Positions 33,934 through 42,939 of a DNA stretch of 64,000 nt are shown here, in pieces. Position 1 is the stretch's first letter. Each line of letters starts with the position of its first letter. The notes below the pieces were generated by a model that worked only from the letters and a program-made list of their open reading frames with translations, did not search any database and had not been told where the DNA came from. This DNA is from Candidatus Iainarchaeum sp. (GTDB lineage: Archaea; Iainarchaeota; Iainarchaeia; Iainarchaeales; VGJJ01): NCBI GenBank assembly GCA_016867455.1, contig VGJJ01000001.1, positions 3,337 through 67,336 of the forward strand, in the 5' to 3' direction. A program made the translations under genes and the position numbers.

Positions 33934-35574
33934 TTAACGTTTTATAAACACCGCAAAATCATCATGCCAATAATCCGGGGTCATTCCGTTCGGCAGCGCA
34001 TACAAACGGGTGTCCACCACCAAATAATGGTATGGAATTTTTTCCACGCAGGAAAAACAACCCTTTTCGACTGCTTCACGAACAATCGTGGTCTCACTCA
34101 AATAGTATTGGGCAGCCGGGTTGCGTGAGAAGAGGTGCAGTGCCAGCGTAAAGTTGGCCGATGTCGCATCCACGGGAATCTTGTTTGAGTATTGAGCCAT
34201 TTTCCCGGGTCCGCGAGCGAAAAAAATAGTTCTTTCCGGGAGGGGTTCCACTCGACTAAACCATTCTGAAAAAGCCGCTTCCCGAATGCCTGTTTTGCTT
34301 CCGTGAGCGAGTCGAGTCAAATCGTTTGACGTAAAATTAATGAAAAATCCAATGAGTAATACTGCCAGTAGTACGAAAACAATTATCCGTGCGGGTGTAG
34401 CACGTGATAATGCGGCTGCCGCAAAAATAATAGTAAACAATGCCCCTGCCTCCAAGAATTTAGAATGCAACAACAATACGGGAAAAAAATTGGCCAAAAT
34501 AACATACAGCAACACTCCTAATGCGGCCAGAATTCCCGCGCGCGGGAGAAATAGGTTCCCGCGAAACGCGGCAGGCATTCTCATTCCTAAAACCAAAATG
34601 GATACGATGGGAACTACTCCCAAAAAAACAACTAATGGGAGAATCGTTCGCAAAAATGATTCAACCGATAATGAGTGTTCCAAGGGAGTAGATCCCCCGC
34701 TCAGGAGGGCGGGGAGAAACATGAATACGAGTAAGGGCAGCACGGCCACGAAGCCAATGATACTCACGCGGAGAATAGTGGTGATAGTGGGTCGATGCAA
34801 AAAGAGTGCAAACCCAAAAAGAATGCCCGCCACGTAAGGGTGGGTAATTCCCGCTCCCGCAAAGAGAATAGCACTCATCACGGGTCGGTCACGCAAGGAT
34901 AGAATAGCCGTGAACGATAGTCCCAATCCCAATAGGAGGGGATATTCTCCCACGAATAAATCCACGAAAATGAGTCGCGCCCCAATTAGTAGTGCGGCTG
35001 CAAAAAATAATGCTTCTTTTTTTCCGCTCGTCCAAATCGCGAGTCGTGTGATGGCATACACGAGCAAAATAATTCCTAGCACGCCCAACAACCATCCCCC
35101 CGCGTGGAAGGGTAATCCTGTTACTTGATGAAGTTGAGAAATTAAGAGTGGAACTCCCGGCTGATAGAAAAAGGGCACATCAAAATACGGCGCATACGTC
35201 GCGGGAATAGTTGTTTGAATTAATTTCCCTGCCGCGCTCGGAGTGGCATCCGCACTCAAATCGTATCCTCCTTGCACGCCAAAAAAAACATATCCTAGTG
35301 TAGCAACGAGGAATAGTGTGAGTAAAATCATTGCGTGAAAAGAATGGGGTGAAAAATCAAACGTGATGGCAGCGCTGTTTCCATCCACCCATTTTTTTTT
35401 GAAATGATGCAGACAAAAAACAAAAATAATGGTTGCGAGTGGAATCATCCACGTGATGCCAATCGTGTATCCTGCCCAGAGTGAAAAAATAATCCACGCG
35501 CTCAAAAATAATGCAAATTGATCCGTGAATGAAAATAGGACATTCATCAAATAATTATTTTCAAGACGATTCAT
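33934..35574 (-). CDS. Polytopic membrane protein, possible GT-C-type glycosyltransferase or oligosaccharide polymerase
   Basis: At least 12 hydrophobic helices plus a C-terminal soluble domain. No diagnostic motif. Confidence 0.5.
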   Translation of the reverse strand: MNRLENNYLMNVLFSFTDQFALFLSAWIIFSLWAGYTIGITWMIPLATIIFVFCLHHFKKKWVDGNSAAITFDFSPHSFHAMILLTLFLVATLGYVFFGVQGGYDLSADATPSAAGKLIQTTIPATYAPYFDVPFFYQPGVPLLISQLHQVTGLPFHAGGWLLGVLGIILLVYAITRLAIWTSGKKEALFFAAALLIGARLIFVDLFVGEYPLLLGLGLSFTAILSLRDRPVMSAILFAGAGITHPYVAGILFGFALFLHRPTITTILRVSIIGFVAVLPLLVFMFLPALLSGGSTPLEHSLSVESFLRTILPLVVFLGVVPIVSILVLGMRMPAAFRGNLFLPRAGILAALGVLLYVILANFFPVLLLHSKFLEAGALFTIIFAAAALSRATPARIIVFVLLAVLLIGFFINFTSNDLTRLAHGSKTGIREAAFSEWFSRVEPLPERTIFFARGPGKMAQYSNKIPVDATSANFTLALHLFSRNPAAQYYLSETTIVREAVEKGCFSCVEKIPYHYLVVDTRLYALPNGMTPDYWHDDFAVFIKR

Positions 35575-35613
35575 AGTTTACCTTCGATTATAGGGTTTAA
35601 ATGGTCAACCGAT

Positions 35614-36345
35614 GTGCAATACATGAAACCCATGAATTCTCCCTGCTCGGTGTCGCTGGTGATTCCGGCGCATAATGAAGAAAATATTATTCGCGAAACC
35701 GCATTGTCCTATTATGATGCTCTTACTCATGCGAAGGAAATCAAATCATTTGAAATTATTCTCGTGAGCAACCATTGCTCGGATAATACTCCAAAAGTTT
35801 GCCGCGAGCTATCCAAGAAAAAAAATATTATTCATTTGGATTTTACCGAAAAAATCGGCAAAGGGGGAGCGGTAGAAAAAGGATTTATTCAAGCCAAATA
35901 CGATTGGTTGGGTTTCGTGGATGCGGATAATTCCATTAAGCCTGAACAGTTTCTTCGATTAGTGCGCGAAACCAACGCACAGGAAGTGGGTGCGGTCATT
36001 GGTTCCAAACGCATGCCTGAAACCATCATGAATCCTCCGCAGCCATTATCGCGTCAAATCATGGGATGGTTTTTTTCTAAGTTTCAGAATATTTTGTTTC
36101 AAACGGGAGTCAATGATAGTCAATGCGGTGCCAAAATTTTTAGGAGAAAAGCGATTGAGCCTATTCATTTTTTAGAAAAAGGATTCACGTTTGACGTGGA
36201 GTTGCTTCATCGCACGCTCCGCGCGGGATATAAAATAAAAGAATTGGGAGTGGTTTGTCAAAACAGTTCCGTTTCTCGCGTCAAATGGTTTTCTCCCATT
36301 CAGATGTTTATTGAACTCATTCGTTTGCGTGCGCGGGTAAAATAA
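35614..36345 (+). CDS. GT2-family glycosyltransferase (dolichyl-phosphate sugar synthase-like)
   Basis: VSLVIPAHNEE...ILVSNHCSDNT...VDADN (DxD-type) pattern. Confidence 0.8.
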   Translation: MQYMKPMNSPCSVSLVIPAHNEENIIRETALSYYDALTHAKEIKSFEIILVSNHCSDNTPKVCRELSKKKNIIHLDFTEKIGKGGAVEKGFIQAKYDWLGFVDADNSIKPEQFLRLVRETNAQEVGAVIGSKRMPETIMNPPQPLSRQIMGWFFSKFQNILFQTGVNDSQCGAKIFRRKAIEPIHFLEKGFTFDVELLHRTLRAGYKIKELGVVCQNSSVSRVKWFSPIQMFIELIRLRARVK

Positions 36346-36387
36346 TGCGCCAAAATAAAAAAATAACAAACGAAAAATATAATTCCA

Positions 36388-37344
36388 TTATACGATTCGC
36401 GCGCGCCAATAATCCAGCGTATCATCCAGCGTCTTCTCGAAAGGAATCTCGGGCTTCCATCCGGTTTTTTGGTGGAATTTGGAGTAATCCCCGTGGAGTA
36501 TTTCTACGTCGCTCGGCCGCATGCGGGATTGATCCACTTCTACGCGAATATCTTTTTTATGGCTCTTGGACACGAGGTAATTGAGCATGTCTCGAATCAC
36601 CCATGGTCTTCCGGAGCAAATATTATATGCTTCTGCATAATCGCATTTTTGTACCGCTAAATAATAGGCTCTCACCACGTCGCGCACATCCGTATAATCG
36701 CGCTGCGCATTAAGATTTCCCACTTGAATAATGGGGCTTCGTTTTCCTTTTTCGATTTCAGCAACTTGTTTAGCAAAATTTGATGTCACAAATACGTCTC
36801 CGCGTCTCGGTCCTTCATGATTAAAGGTTCTCGTGATAATTGTTTTGAGTCCGTAACTTTTATGGTATTGATAAGCGAGCATTTCTTCGGCAACCTTGGA
36901 CACGGCGTATGGTGAAAGCGGGCGAAGGGGATTCGTCTCCTTGATTGGTACTTCCTGCGGGGTTACAAAACCGTATTCTTCAGACGAGCACGCTACTTGA
37001 ATCACTGGATTAATTTCCGCGTGGCGAACGCCTTCCAATACATTAATGGTTCCGTGCACATTCGAATCAATGGTTCCCGCAGGATGGTCGAAGGATGCGC
37101 GCACAAAACTCTGTGCGGCTAAATGGAAAATATAATCAGGCTCGGAGCGCTTGATGGCCGAATACGTTGAGAAGGGATCGCGCAAATCACATTCAATTAA
37201 TCCAATTTTGTGTTTGATGGAATCAATGTTATCCATGCGGGAGCGCCAGCGATAAGTACCATCGACTTCCAGCCCCTGCGATAGCAAATACTCGGCAAGG
37301 TGTGATCCCACGAATCCGGTTATTCCTGTGATGAGCGCGCGCAT
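36388..37344 (-). CDS. NAD-dependent sugar-nucleotide epimerase/dehydratase (GDP-mannose 4,6-dehydratase-like extended SDR)
   Basis: N-terminal MRALITGITGFVGSHLAEYLL Rossmann motif. YxxxK region. 318 aa. Confidence 0.75.
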   Translation of the reverse strand: MRALITGITGFVGSHLAEYLLSQGLEVDGTYRWRSRMDNIDSIKHKIGLIECDLRDPFSTYSAIKRSEPDYIFHLAAQSFVRASFDHPAGTIDSNVHGTINVLEGVRHAEINPVIQVACSSEEYGFVTPQEVPIKETNPLRPLSPYAVSKVAEEMLAYQYHKSYGLKTIITRTFNHEGPRRGDVFVTSNFAKQVAEIEKGKRSPIIQVGNLNAQRDYTDVRDVVRAYYLAVQKCDYAEAYNICSGRPWVIRDMLNYLVSKSHKKDIRVEVDQSRMRPSDVEILHGDYSKFHQKTGWKPEIPFEKTLDDTLDYWRARIV

Positions 37345-37368
37345 AGTTAACCACCATCCAATTCCTAT

Positions 37369-38148
37369 TTAAATCTCATTTTTTTGTTGCAGAATTAATT
37401 GTTCCAATTTTTTAGACCATTTCCACTGATCAATGTTTTTCGTGATGAATAGTCTCATTTTTTTTTCTAGTTTTTGCTGGTAAAATTGAATGACTTTTTC
37501 AGTTATTTCGTTCTCGCTTCCGGCCGAGAATAGTAAACCATTTTTCCCATCGTTTACCCATTCGGCATTTCCTCCCACGTTCGAGGCTAAAATGGGCACG
37601 CCGAATGATAGGGCTGTGGGAATCACGGCAGACTGGGAGATGGCTGTATATGGTAAAATGACCGCATCCGCTGCGCTAAAGTAGAGTGGCATTTCTTCGT
37701 CTTTCACGAATCGATTCACGAGTTTGACGTGTTCACGAATGTGGAGCGCGTCAATGATATTTTCGTATTCGGCCTGGTCACCCCAGTATTCTCCCACCAC
37801 TAATAATGTTAGTTTTGGCCGTTGGGCGAGGATGGCGGGCATTGCGTTTAGGAGGATTTTCAATCCCTTGTAGGGGCGGACAAACCCGAAGAAGAGGAGC
37901 ACGTCTCCTTTAATTTGTAGTTTTTTTTGAGCGAGTTCTTTTGAAATGGTTTCATTCGTTCGCGGAATCAAATCAAGTTGGGGTCCCCGAACGTAAACAA
38001 CCTTTTTTTTCGGGAGATGTTTTTGAATCAAGTGCTGAGACTCATGAGACTGCACCACTAAGTAGTCAAGTTTTCCCAAAAATAATTTGGTTAACAGTCG
38101 GTGCACGGCAAAAAAGGGTTGGCTGTGGAGCAGGTGAATGATTTTCAT
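37369..38148 (-). CDS. GT4 glycosyltransferase, C-terminal (Glycos_transf_1) half
   Basis: Carries only the C-terminal GT4 domain (FVRPYKG...SFGVPILASNVGG). Its start overlaps the stop of 38145..38570 by ATGA. Confidence 0.65.
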   Translation of the reverse strand: MKIIHLLHSQPFFAVHRLLTKLFLGKLDYLVVQSHESQHLIQKHLPKKKVVYVRGPQLDLIPRTNETISKELAQKKLQIKGDVLLFFGFVRPYKGLKILLNAMPAILAQRPKLTLLVVGEYWGDQAEYENIIDALHIREHVKLVNRFVKDEEMPLYFSAADAVILPYTAISQSAVIPTALSFGVPILASNVGGNAEWVNDGKNGLLFSAGSENEITEKVIQFYQQKLEKKMRLFITKNIDQWKWSKKLEQLILQQKNEI

Positions 38149-38570
38149 GCGTTTTTCACTCCGTGGGGAAACACATTATGAATCATCGCCGCAGTGGTGG
38201 TGTGTCCGCGGATGAGTAGGTTAATGAAAAAATAGCACGGAAACAAGTACGTGGTCCACCACACAAAAAATACTCGGTCGGGTTTTTCTCGGCGAATGAA
38301 CGTGCTCACGTTCCACCAATTCAGAGGGTTGAGTGCATCCACCCATTCTCTTTTTTCATAGGATAATTTTTCTTTTTTTTCGTCCATGCGCGAGTGGGCG
38401 AAAAGAATCGAAGGGTAGAGTCTCTTGAATGAGAGTCCAATTACCGTGTTTGATTCTCCGAGCAGCGTGCAAAACTCGTGGGTGGCACCGGCGATTCCTC
38501 CTCGCGTCGGAGGGAGTGGTCCGATGATGATTATTTTCATTCCAACACGTTCCGTTTTATTGTTTGACAA
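38145..38570 (-). CDS. GT4 glycosyltransferase, N-terminal half (split from 37369..38148)
   Basis: MKIIIIGPLPPTRGGIAG is a typical GT4 N-domain start. It is only 141 aa. Confidence 0.55.
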   Translation of the reverse strand: MSNNKTERVGMKIIIIGPLPPTRGGIAGATHEFCTLLGESNTVIGLSFKRLYPSILFAHSRMDEKKEKLSYEKREWVDALNPLNWWNVSTFIRREKPDRVFFVWWTTYLFPCYFFINLLIRGHTTTAAMIHNVFPHGVKNA

Positions 38571-39522
38571 GGGGCTTCCACCACCATTCGTTCTGCCTAT
38601 ACCATGTCAATGTTTCGCGCAGTCTTTCGTCGAATGGTTTGGTGTGGGTGAATCCAAGTGCTTTGATTTTTTGGGCATTCACCGAGTATCGTTTGTCGTG
38701 CCCTTTCCGGTCTTCGACGTATTGAATCATGTCTTCCCCTTTTCCCATTTCGTGGAGAATCATTTTGATTATTTTGAGATTGGGCATCTCGTTTTCTCCC
38801 GCGATGTTGTATACTTCCCCGCTGGTTCCTTTTTGTAAAACTAAATCAACGCCCCGGCAGTTGTCTTCTACGTATAACCAGTCTCGTATGTTCATTCCGT
38901 CGCCGTACACGGGGACTTTTTTTCCGCGGATGAGGTTAGTGGCAAATAGTGGGAGCATTTTTTCGGGAAATTGATATGGTCCAAAATTGTTGGAGCTGCG
39001 GGTGATGACGACGTGCATTCCGTATGTTTGCGAGTAGGAATACGCTAAGCGCTCCGATCCTACTTTTGATGCCGCATACGGGTTGCGCGGGTTGAGCGTG
39101 TCACTTTCGACAAAACTTCCATCGAGGATGTGTCCGTAGACTTCGTCCGTGGAGATGCATAAGAATTTTTGGATATTATTTTTTCGTGCTGCCTCCAACA
39201 AGGAATGAGTGCCCAGCACATTCGTGCGAAGGAAAATGGCCGCGTCTTGGATGGCTCGGTCCACGTGGGATTCGGCCGCGAAGTGCACCACGGCGTCGCA
39301 GTCTTTCATGACTTCATCCATTTTTTTGGTATCACAAATGTCCGCGTGCACAAATGAGTAGCGGGGATTTTTTTCTACATCCAAGAGGTTTTCTTTTCTT
39401 CCCGCATACGTGAGGAGGTCCACGTTCACGACTTCATGCGTGGGGTGGTCTTTCAAATAGGTTCGAACGAAATGGCTTCCTATAAAACCGCTTCCGCCGG
39501 TGACAAGGACTTTCATACTCAT
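38557..39522 (-). CDS. rfbB: dTDP-glucose 4,6-dehydratase
   Basis: MKVLVTGGSGFIGSHFVRTYL...VDLLTYAGRKENL. YxxxK. 321 aa. Strongly RmlB-like. Confidence 0.85.
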   Translation of the reverse strand: MSMKVLVTGGSGFIGSHFVRTYLKDHPTHEVVNVDLLTYAGRKENLLDVEKNPRYSFVHADICDTKKMDEVMKDCDAVVHFAAESHVDRAIQDAAIFLRTNVLGTHSLLEAARKNNIQKFLCISTDEVYGHILDGSFVESDTLNPRNPYAASKVGSERLAYSYSQTYGMHVVITRSSNNFGPYQFPEKMLPLFATNLIRGKKVPVYGDGMNIRDWLYVEDNCRGVDLVLQKGTSGEVYNIAGENEMPNLKIIKMILHEMGKGEDMIQYVEDRKGHDKRYSVNAQKIKALGFTHTKPFDERLRETLTWYRQNEWWWKPLVKQ

Positions 39523-39642
39523 GAATGCCCCCTCTTTTGTTTTAAGGAAGCACGTTCAATCGTGGAATAATCATAGTACAATCCTCGCGTGAACCGTTGT
39601 AAAAATAGCGGGTTTATTAGTCATTGCGTGCCATGCTTACGT

Positions 39643-40629
39643 ATGAGTATTCCTCGGAAACTCCCAACCAAAGTTAAACTAGTGGTCACCATTCCGGCGT
39701 ACAATGAAGAATCCACCATTGTTTCAGTTATCAACAGCATTCCTTCTGTTATCGAGGGTGTTCATGATATTCGTATTTTAGTGGTGGATGATGGGAGCTC
39801 GGATCAAACCGCCGCACGTGCAACGAAAGCGGGTGCTCGTGTGGTTTCAAATGCGATGAATCGCGGTCTAGCGTATACTTTTTCCCGCGGTCTCGAAGAA
39901 GCATTGGGCATGGGTGCGGATATTATTGTGAATACGGACGCGGATAATCAGTATGATCAGTCTCAAATTCCTCAATTGATTCAGCCTATTCTTAATCGTC
40001 AAGCCGACATGGTGTTAGGTTCTCGTTTCAAGGGCCACATTGAAGATATGTCTTTTTCCAAGCGCTGGGGAAACCAGCTCGCTTCTCGCGTCGTAAAATG
40101 GGTTTCGGGCTTGAATATTTCGGATGGTCAAACGGGTTTTCGCGCGTTCACGCGTGATGCGGCACTGCGTTTGAATATTTTTTCCTCGTTCACGTATACG
40201 CAGGAAACTATTTTGGAAGCGGCTGATAAAAAAATGCGCGTGGTTGAAATTCCGTGCACGTTTCGCAAGCGCGCGGATAAGAATCGATTGTTCGCGGGTG
40301 TTTTTGATTATGCGCGGCGCGCGATAATGACATTAGTGGTGGGCGCCCTCAAGTACCATCCTATCAAAACGTTTGGATACGCGGGCATCGGTCTTGTGAT
40401 AATTGGTGGCATCATTGGTCTTCCGGTAGCGGAACTTTTTTGGTCAACGGGTTCCGTGGGTCCTTTTACCCTGCGTGCGATTGCTACGGGAATTTTTTTC
40501 ATTTTGGGTTTTCAACTAATTTTCTTGGGTTTTATTGCTGAGTTGTTGAAGCATAATCGTCAGATTGCCGAACGGCAATTAGTGGAAGCCAAGCGTGCGC
40601 GATTGGATAACGTGTCGCGTGCCAACTAA
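39643..40629 (+). CDS. GT2-family glycosyltransferase with C-terminal TM segments (DPM/DPG-synthase-like)
   Basis: VVTIPAYNEESTI...VVDDGSSDQT...TDADN. Two C-terminal TM helices. Start chosen at MSIPRK (the ORF track extends to 39589). Confidence 0.8.
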   Translation: MSIPRKLPTKVKLVVTIPAYNEESTIVSVINSIPSVIEGVHDIRILVVDDGSSDQTAARATKAGARVVSNAMNRGLAYTFSRGLEEALGMGADIIVNTDADNQYDQSQIPQLIQPILNRQADMVLGSRFKGHIEDMSFSKRWGNQLASRVVKWVSGLNISDGQTGFRAFTRDAALRLNIFSSFTYTQETILEAADKKMRVVEIPCTFRKRADKNRLFAGVFDYARRAIMTLVVGALKYHPIKTFGYAGIGLVIIGGIIGLPVAELFWSTGSVGPFTLRAIATGIFFILGFQLIFLGFIAELLKHNRQIAERQLVEAKRARLDNVSRAN

Positions 40630-40652
40630 TTTTTTTGTTTTATAGAAATAGT

Positions 40653-40811
40653 TTACTTTTCGTTTCCAGTCGCGTCTCGTTCGGCGGGTGCTTCATTATT
40701 CCAGGTAATGCGGCTGGTTTCTTTTCCTTTGTGGCATTCGCATGTGCAGTGGGGCCAATATACGCTGACGCCGCATCCGCATAACAAACAGGGGTTTTTC
40801 CACACGGTCAT
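40653..40811 (-). CDS. Small Cys-rich protein (52 aa), possible zinc-binding; leaderless
   Basis: Product MTVWKNPCLLCGCGVSVYWPHCTCECHKG... A TATA-like TTTAAAGT lies ~22 nt upstream of the ATG on the minus strand. It is shorter than the ORF-track cutoff. Confidence 0.35.
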   Translation of the reverse strand: MTVWKNPCLLCGCGVSVYWPHCTCECHKGKETSRITWNNEAPAERDATGNEK

Positions 40812-40936
40812 ATGCACACCATGTCGGTAAAATACTTTAAATCAACCCGTACATTCTTCGAAAAAACATTGTTATTCATGCGGAAAGCGAAAATGTACCA
40901 CTAGGCATTTTAATTGGATTTGAATTCTTTTCATGC

Positions 40937-42391
40937 ATGAAGGTCCTTCTCATCCGTTCTCCCTCGCTTACGGGAGGAACGAATTCTCGTCTCGCGGCCA
41001 GTTTGGCTAAAATCATGGGAGTGGTTCCCCCGTTGGGATTGTTGTATGTGGCTGCGGTCTTGGAGCGGAGTAAAATCCCCGTTAACGTGTTGGATGCTCT
41101 CGTGGAAGAGATTGATATGGCGGAGACGCAGCGTCGAATTAAGGATTATGCCCCCGATTTAGTGGGGATTGCTATTTCGAGCTCCACTATCAAGCAGGAT
41201 TTGGATGTTGCTCGTTTTTGTAAGGAAGCCGGTGCTAAAGTCTTGTTTGGGGGAGCCCACATGACGAGCTACCCTCATGAGTTGCTTTCCTATGATGAAG
41301 TTGATTTTGGCATCATGGGAGAGGGAGAAACACCCTTCCTTAAACTCACGGAAGCCCTGCGCGATAGTCTTCCATATGAGCATATTGATGGTCTCGTCTT
41401 CAAGAAGAATGGTCGCGTCACCATCAATAAACCGTGGATTGAGCCTGATTTGAATGCACTTCCCTACCCTGCACGTCACATGGTTCCGTGGGAAAAATAC
41501 TCTATTATTATTGCCGACCATCCCATGGCAACTATTTCCACGGGAAGAGGGTGCCCTTATCGCTGCGGCTTTTGTTACAAGCAGCCGAGCGACATGAAGT
41601 ATCGTTTTCGCAGTGCGGATTCGATTATGGGGGAAGTCCACGAAGTGTATAATCGATACAAGGTTCGCGAGATTTGTTTTGTGGATGACACATTCACGGT
41701 TGAAAAAAAACATGTTTTGGAATTTTGTGATAAATTTATTGCAGCCGGTCTTCACAAGAAAATTAAGTGGCAGACCACCACGCGCGTGGATTGTGTCGAT
41801 TATGAGTTGTTGAAGCGTATGAAAGAAGCGGGTTGTCGTCAGTTGCGTTTTGGTATTGAGTCCGGTGACCCTGAAACACTCAAGTTGATGAATAAACAGA
41901 TTTCTCTCGAGCGAGCCAAGCAAGTCGTTAAGTGGTGCCGTGAAATTGGTATCGAATCGTTTTCGTATTTCCAAATTGGCTACGCTCATGAGACGGAAGA
42001 AAGTATTCAGCGCACGATTGATTTTTCGATTGACTTGGATTTGGATCTAGTCATGTACAATGTGGCTACTCCCTTGCCGCAGACGCCATTGTATATGTTG
42101 GCCATGCAGGAAGGCATTATTCAGGGGGATTATTGGCGCGAGTACACATTAGGAAAACGCACCGATCGGATTCCTTTTTTTGTGAAGGATGCGGACAAGT
42201 GGGTTTCGCGCGCATACAAGGCTTTTTTCTTCCGCCCTACATTTATGCTGAGACAAGTGGGTAAGCTGCGCAGCCCCCGGATGTTCAAAAAGTATGTGGA
42301 AGCATTCTTGGCTATTACGTTCTTCAACATGGTTCCGGACGAAGAAGCGAAAGTGGATGAGTCGGCGGCGGCTGGAACAACCACTGCGTAA
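40937..42391 (+). CDS. Cobalamin-binding (class B) radical SAM enzyme
   Basis: N-terminal B12-binding Rossmann-like domain. CxxxCxxC motif GRGCPYRCGFC. About 480 aa. Confidence 0.85.
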   Translation: MKVLLIRSPSLTGGTNSRLAASLAKIMGVVPPLGLLYVAAVLERSKIPVNVLDALVEEIDMAETQRRIKDYAPDLVGIAISSSTIKQDLDVARFCKEAGAKVLFGGAHMTSYPHELLSYDEVDFGIMGEGETPFLKLTEALRDSLPYEHIDGLVFKKNGRVTINKPWIEPDLNALPYPARHMVPWEKYSIIIADHPMATISTGRGCPYRCGFCYKQPSDMKYRFRSADSIMGEVHEVYNRYKVREICFVDDTFTVEKKHVLEFCDKFIAAGLHKKIKWQTTTRVDCVDYELLKRMKEAGCRQLRFGIESGDPETLKLMNKQISLERAKQVVKWCREIGIESFSYFQIGYAHETEESIQRTIDFSIDLDLDLVMYNVATPLPQTPLYMLAMQEGIIQGDYWREYTLGKRTDRIPFFVKDADKWVSRAYKAFFFRPTFMLRQVGKLRSPRMFKKYVEAFLAITFFNMVPDEEAKVDESAAAGTTTA

Positions 42392-42427
42392 TTCAACTCA
42401 AAAAAAAAGAAAACAAATTCAAAATGA

Positions 42428-42904
42428 TTATTTTCGCTCGCATACTTCGGCGAGGAGGCCATTGATGACTCCAATCACATACTTGAGGGAGTTGGCTTCT
42501 ACTTCTAATATTTCATGTTCGTTTCCCGCGTACAAGTATACTTTTTCTTCGTCAAAAATTTGTTCATCGATGACTTTCCATAAATAGTTTTCTAGAAAAG
42601 GGTGCAAGTGTTGAAGAGACAACCCCGTGTGAGCGAGGCATTCGTTATTTTCACCCACACGCAAGGGAGACATTCCCACGTGCTTTTCCAATTCGTGAAT
42701 GTTTGTTTTTTTTCCGTGGGAGCGAACCACAATCACGGGGTCTTTGGGTCCCATGTAGAATTCGTATTCCAGTACTTGTTCGGGTCGGCAGTGAATCATT
42801 TCGATGATTTGCTTGGAAGACAGTTTCGCGGGAGTGGGTATCACTCGATAATCCACGCGCTGCGCGTCCAGCCAATCTTTTCCGGAAGAACGAGAATGAA
42901 CCAT
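42428..42904 (-). CDS. Hypothetical protein (158 aa) between radical-SAM and membrane-protein genes
   Basis: Clean ORF. A possible small beta-rich sugar-modifying fold is speculation. No motif recognised. Confidence 0.4.
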   Translation of the reverse strand: MVHSRSSGKDWLDAQRVDYRVIPTPAKLSSKQIIEMIHCRPEQVLEYEFYMGPKDPVIVVRSHGKKTNIHELEKHVGMSPLRVGENNECLAHTGLSLQHLHPFLENYLWKVIDEQIFDEEKVYLYAGNEHEILEVEANSLKYVIGVINGLLAEVCERK

Positions 42905-42939
42905 ATCAACTAGTTTGACGCGGCAATTGATATTTAACG

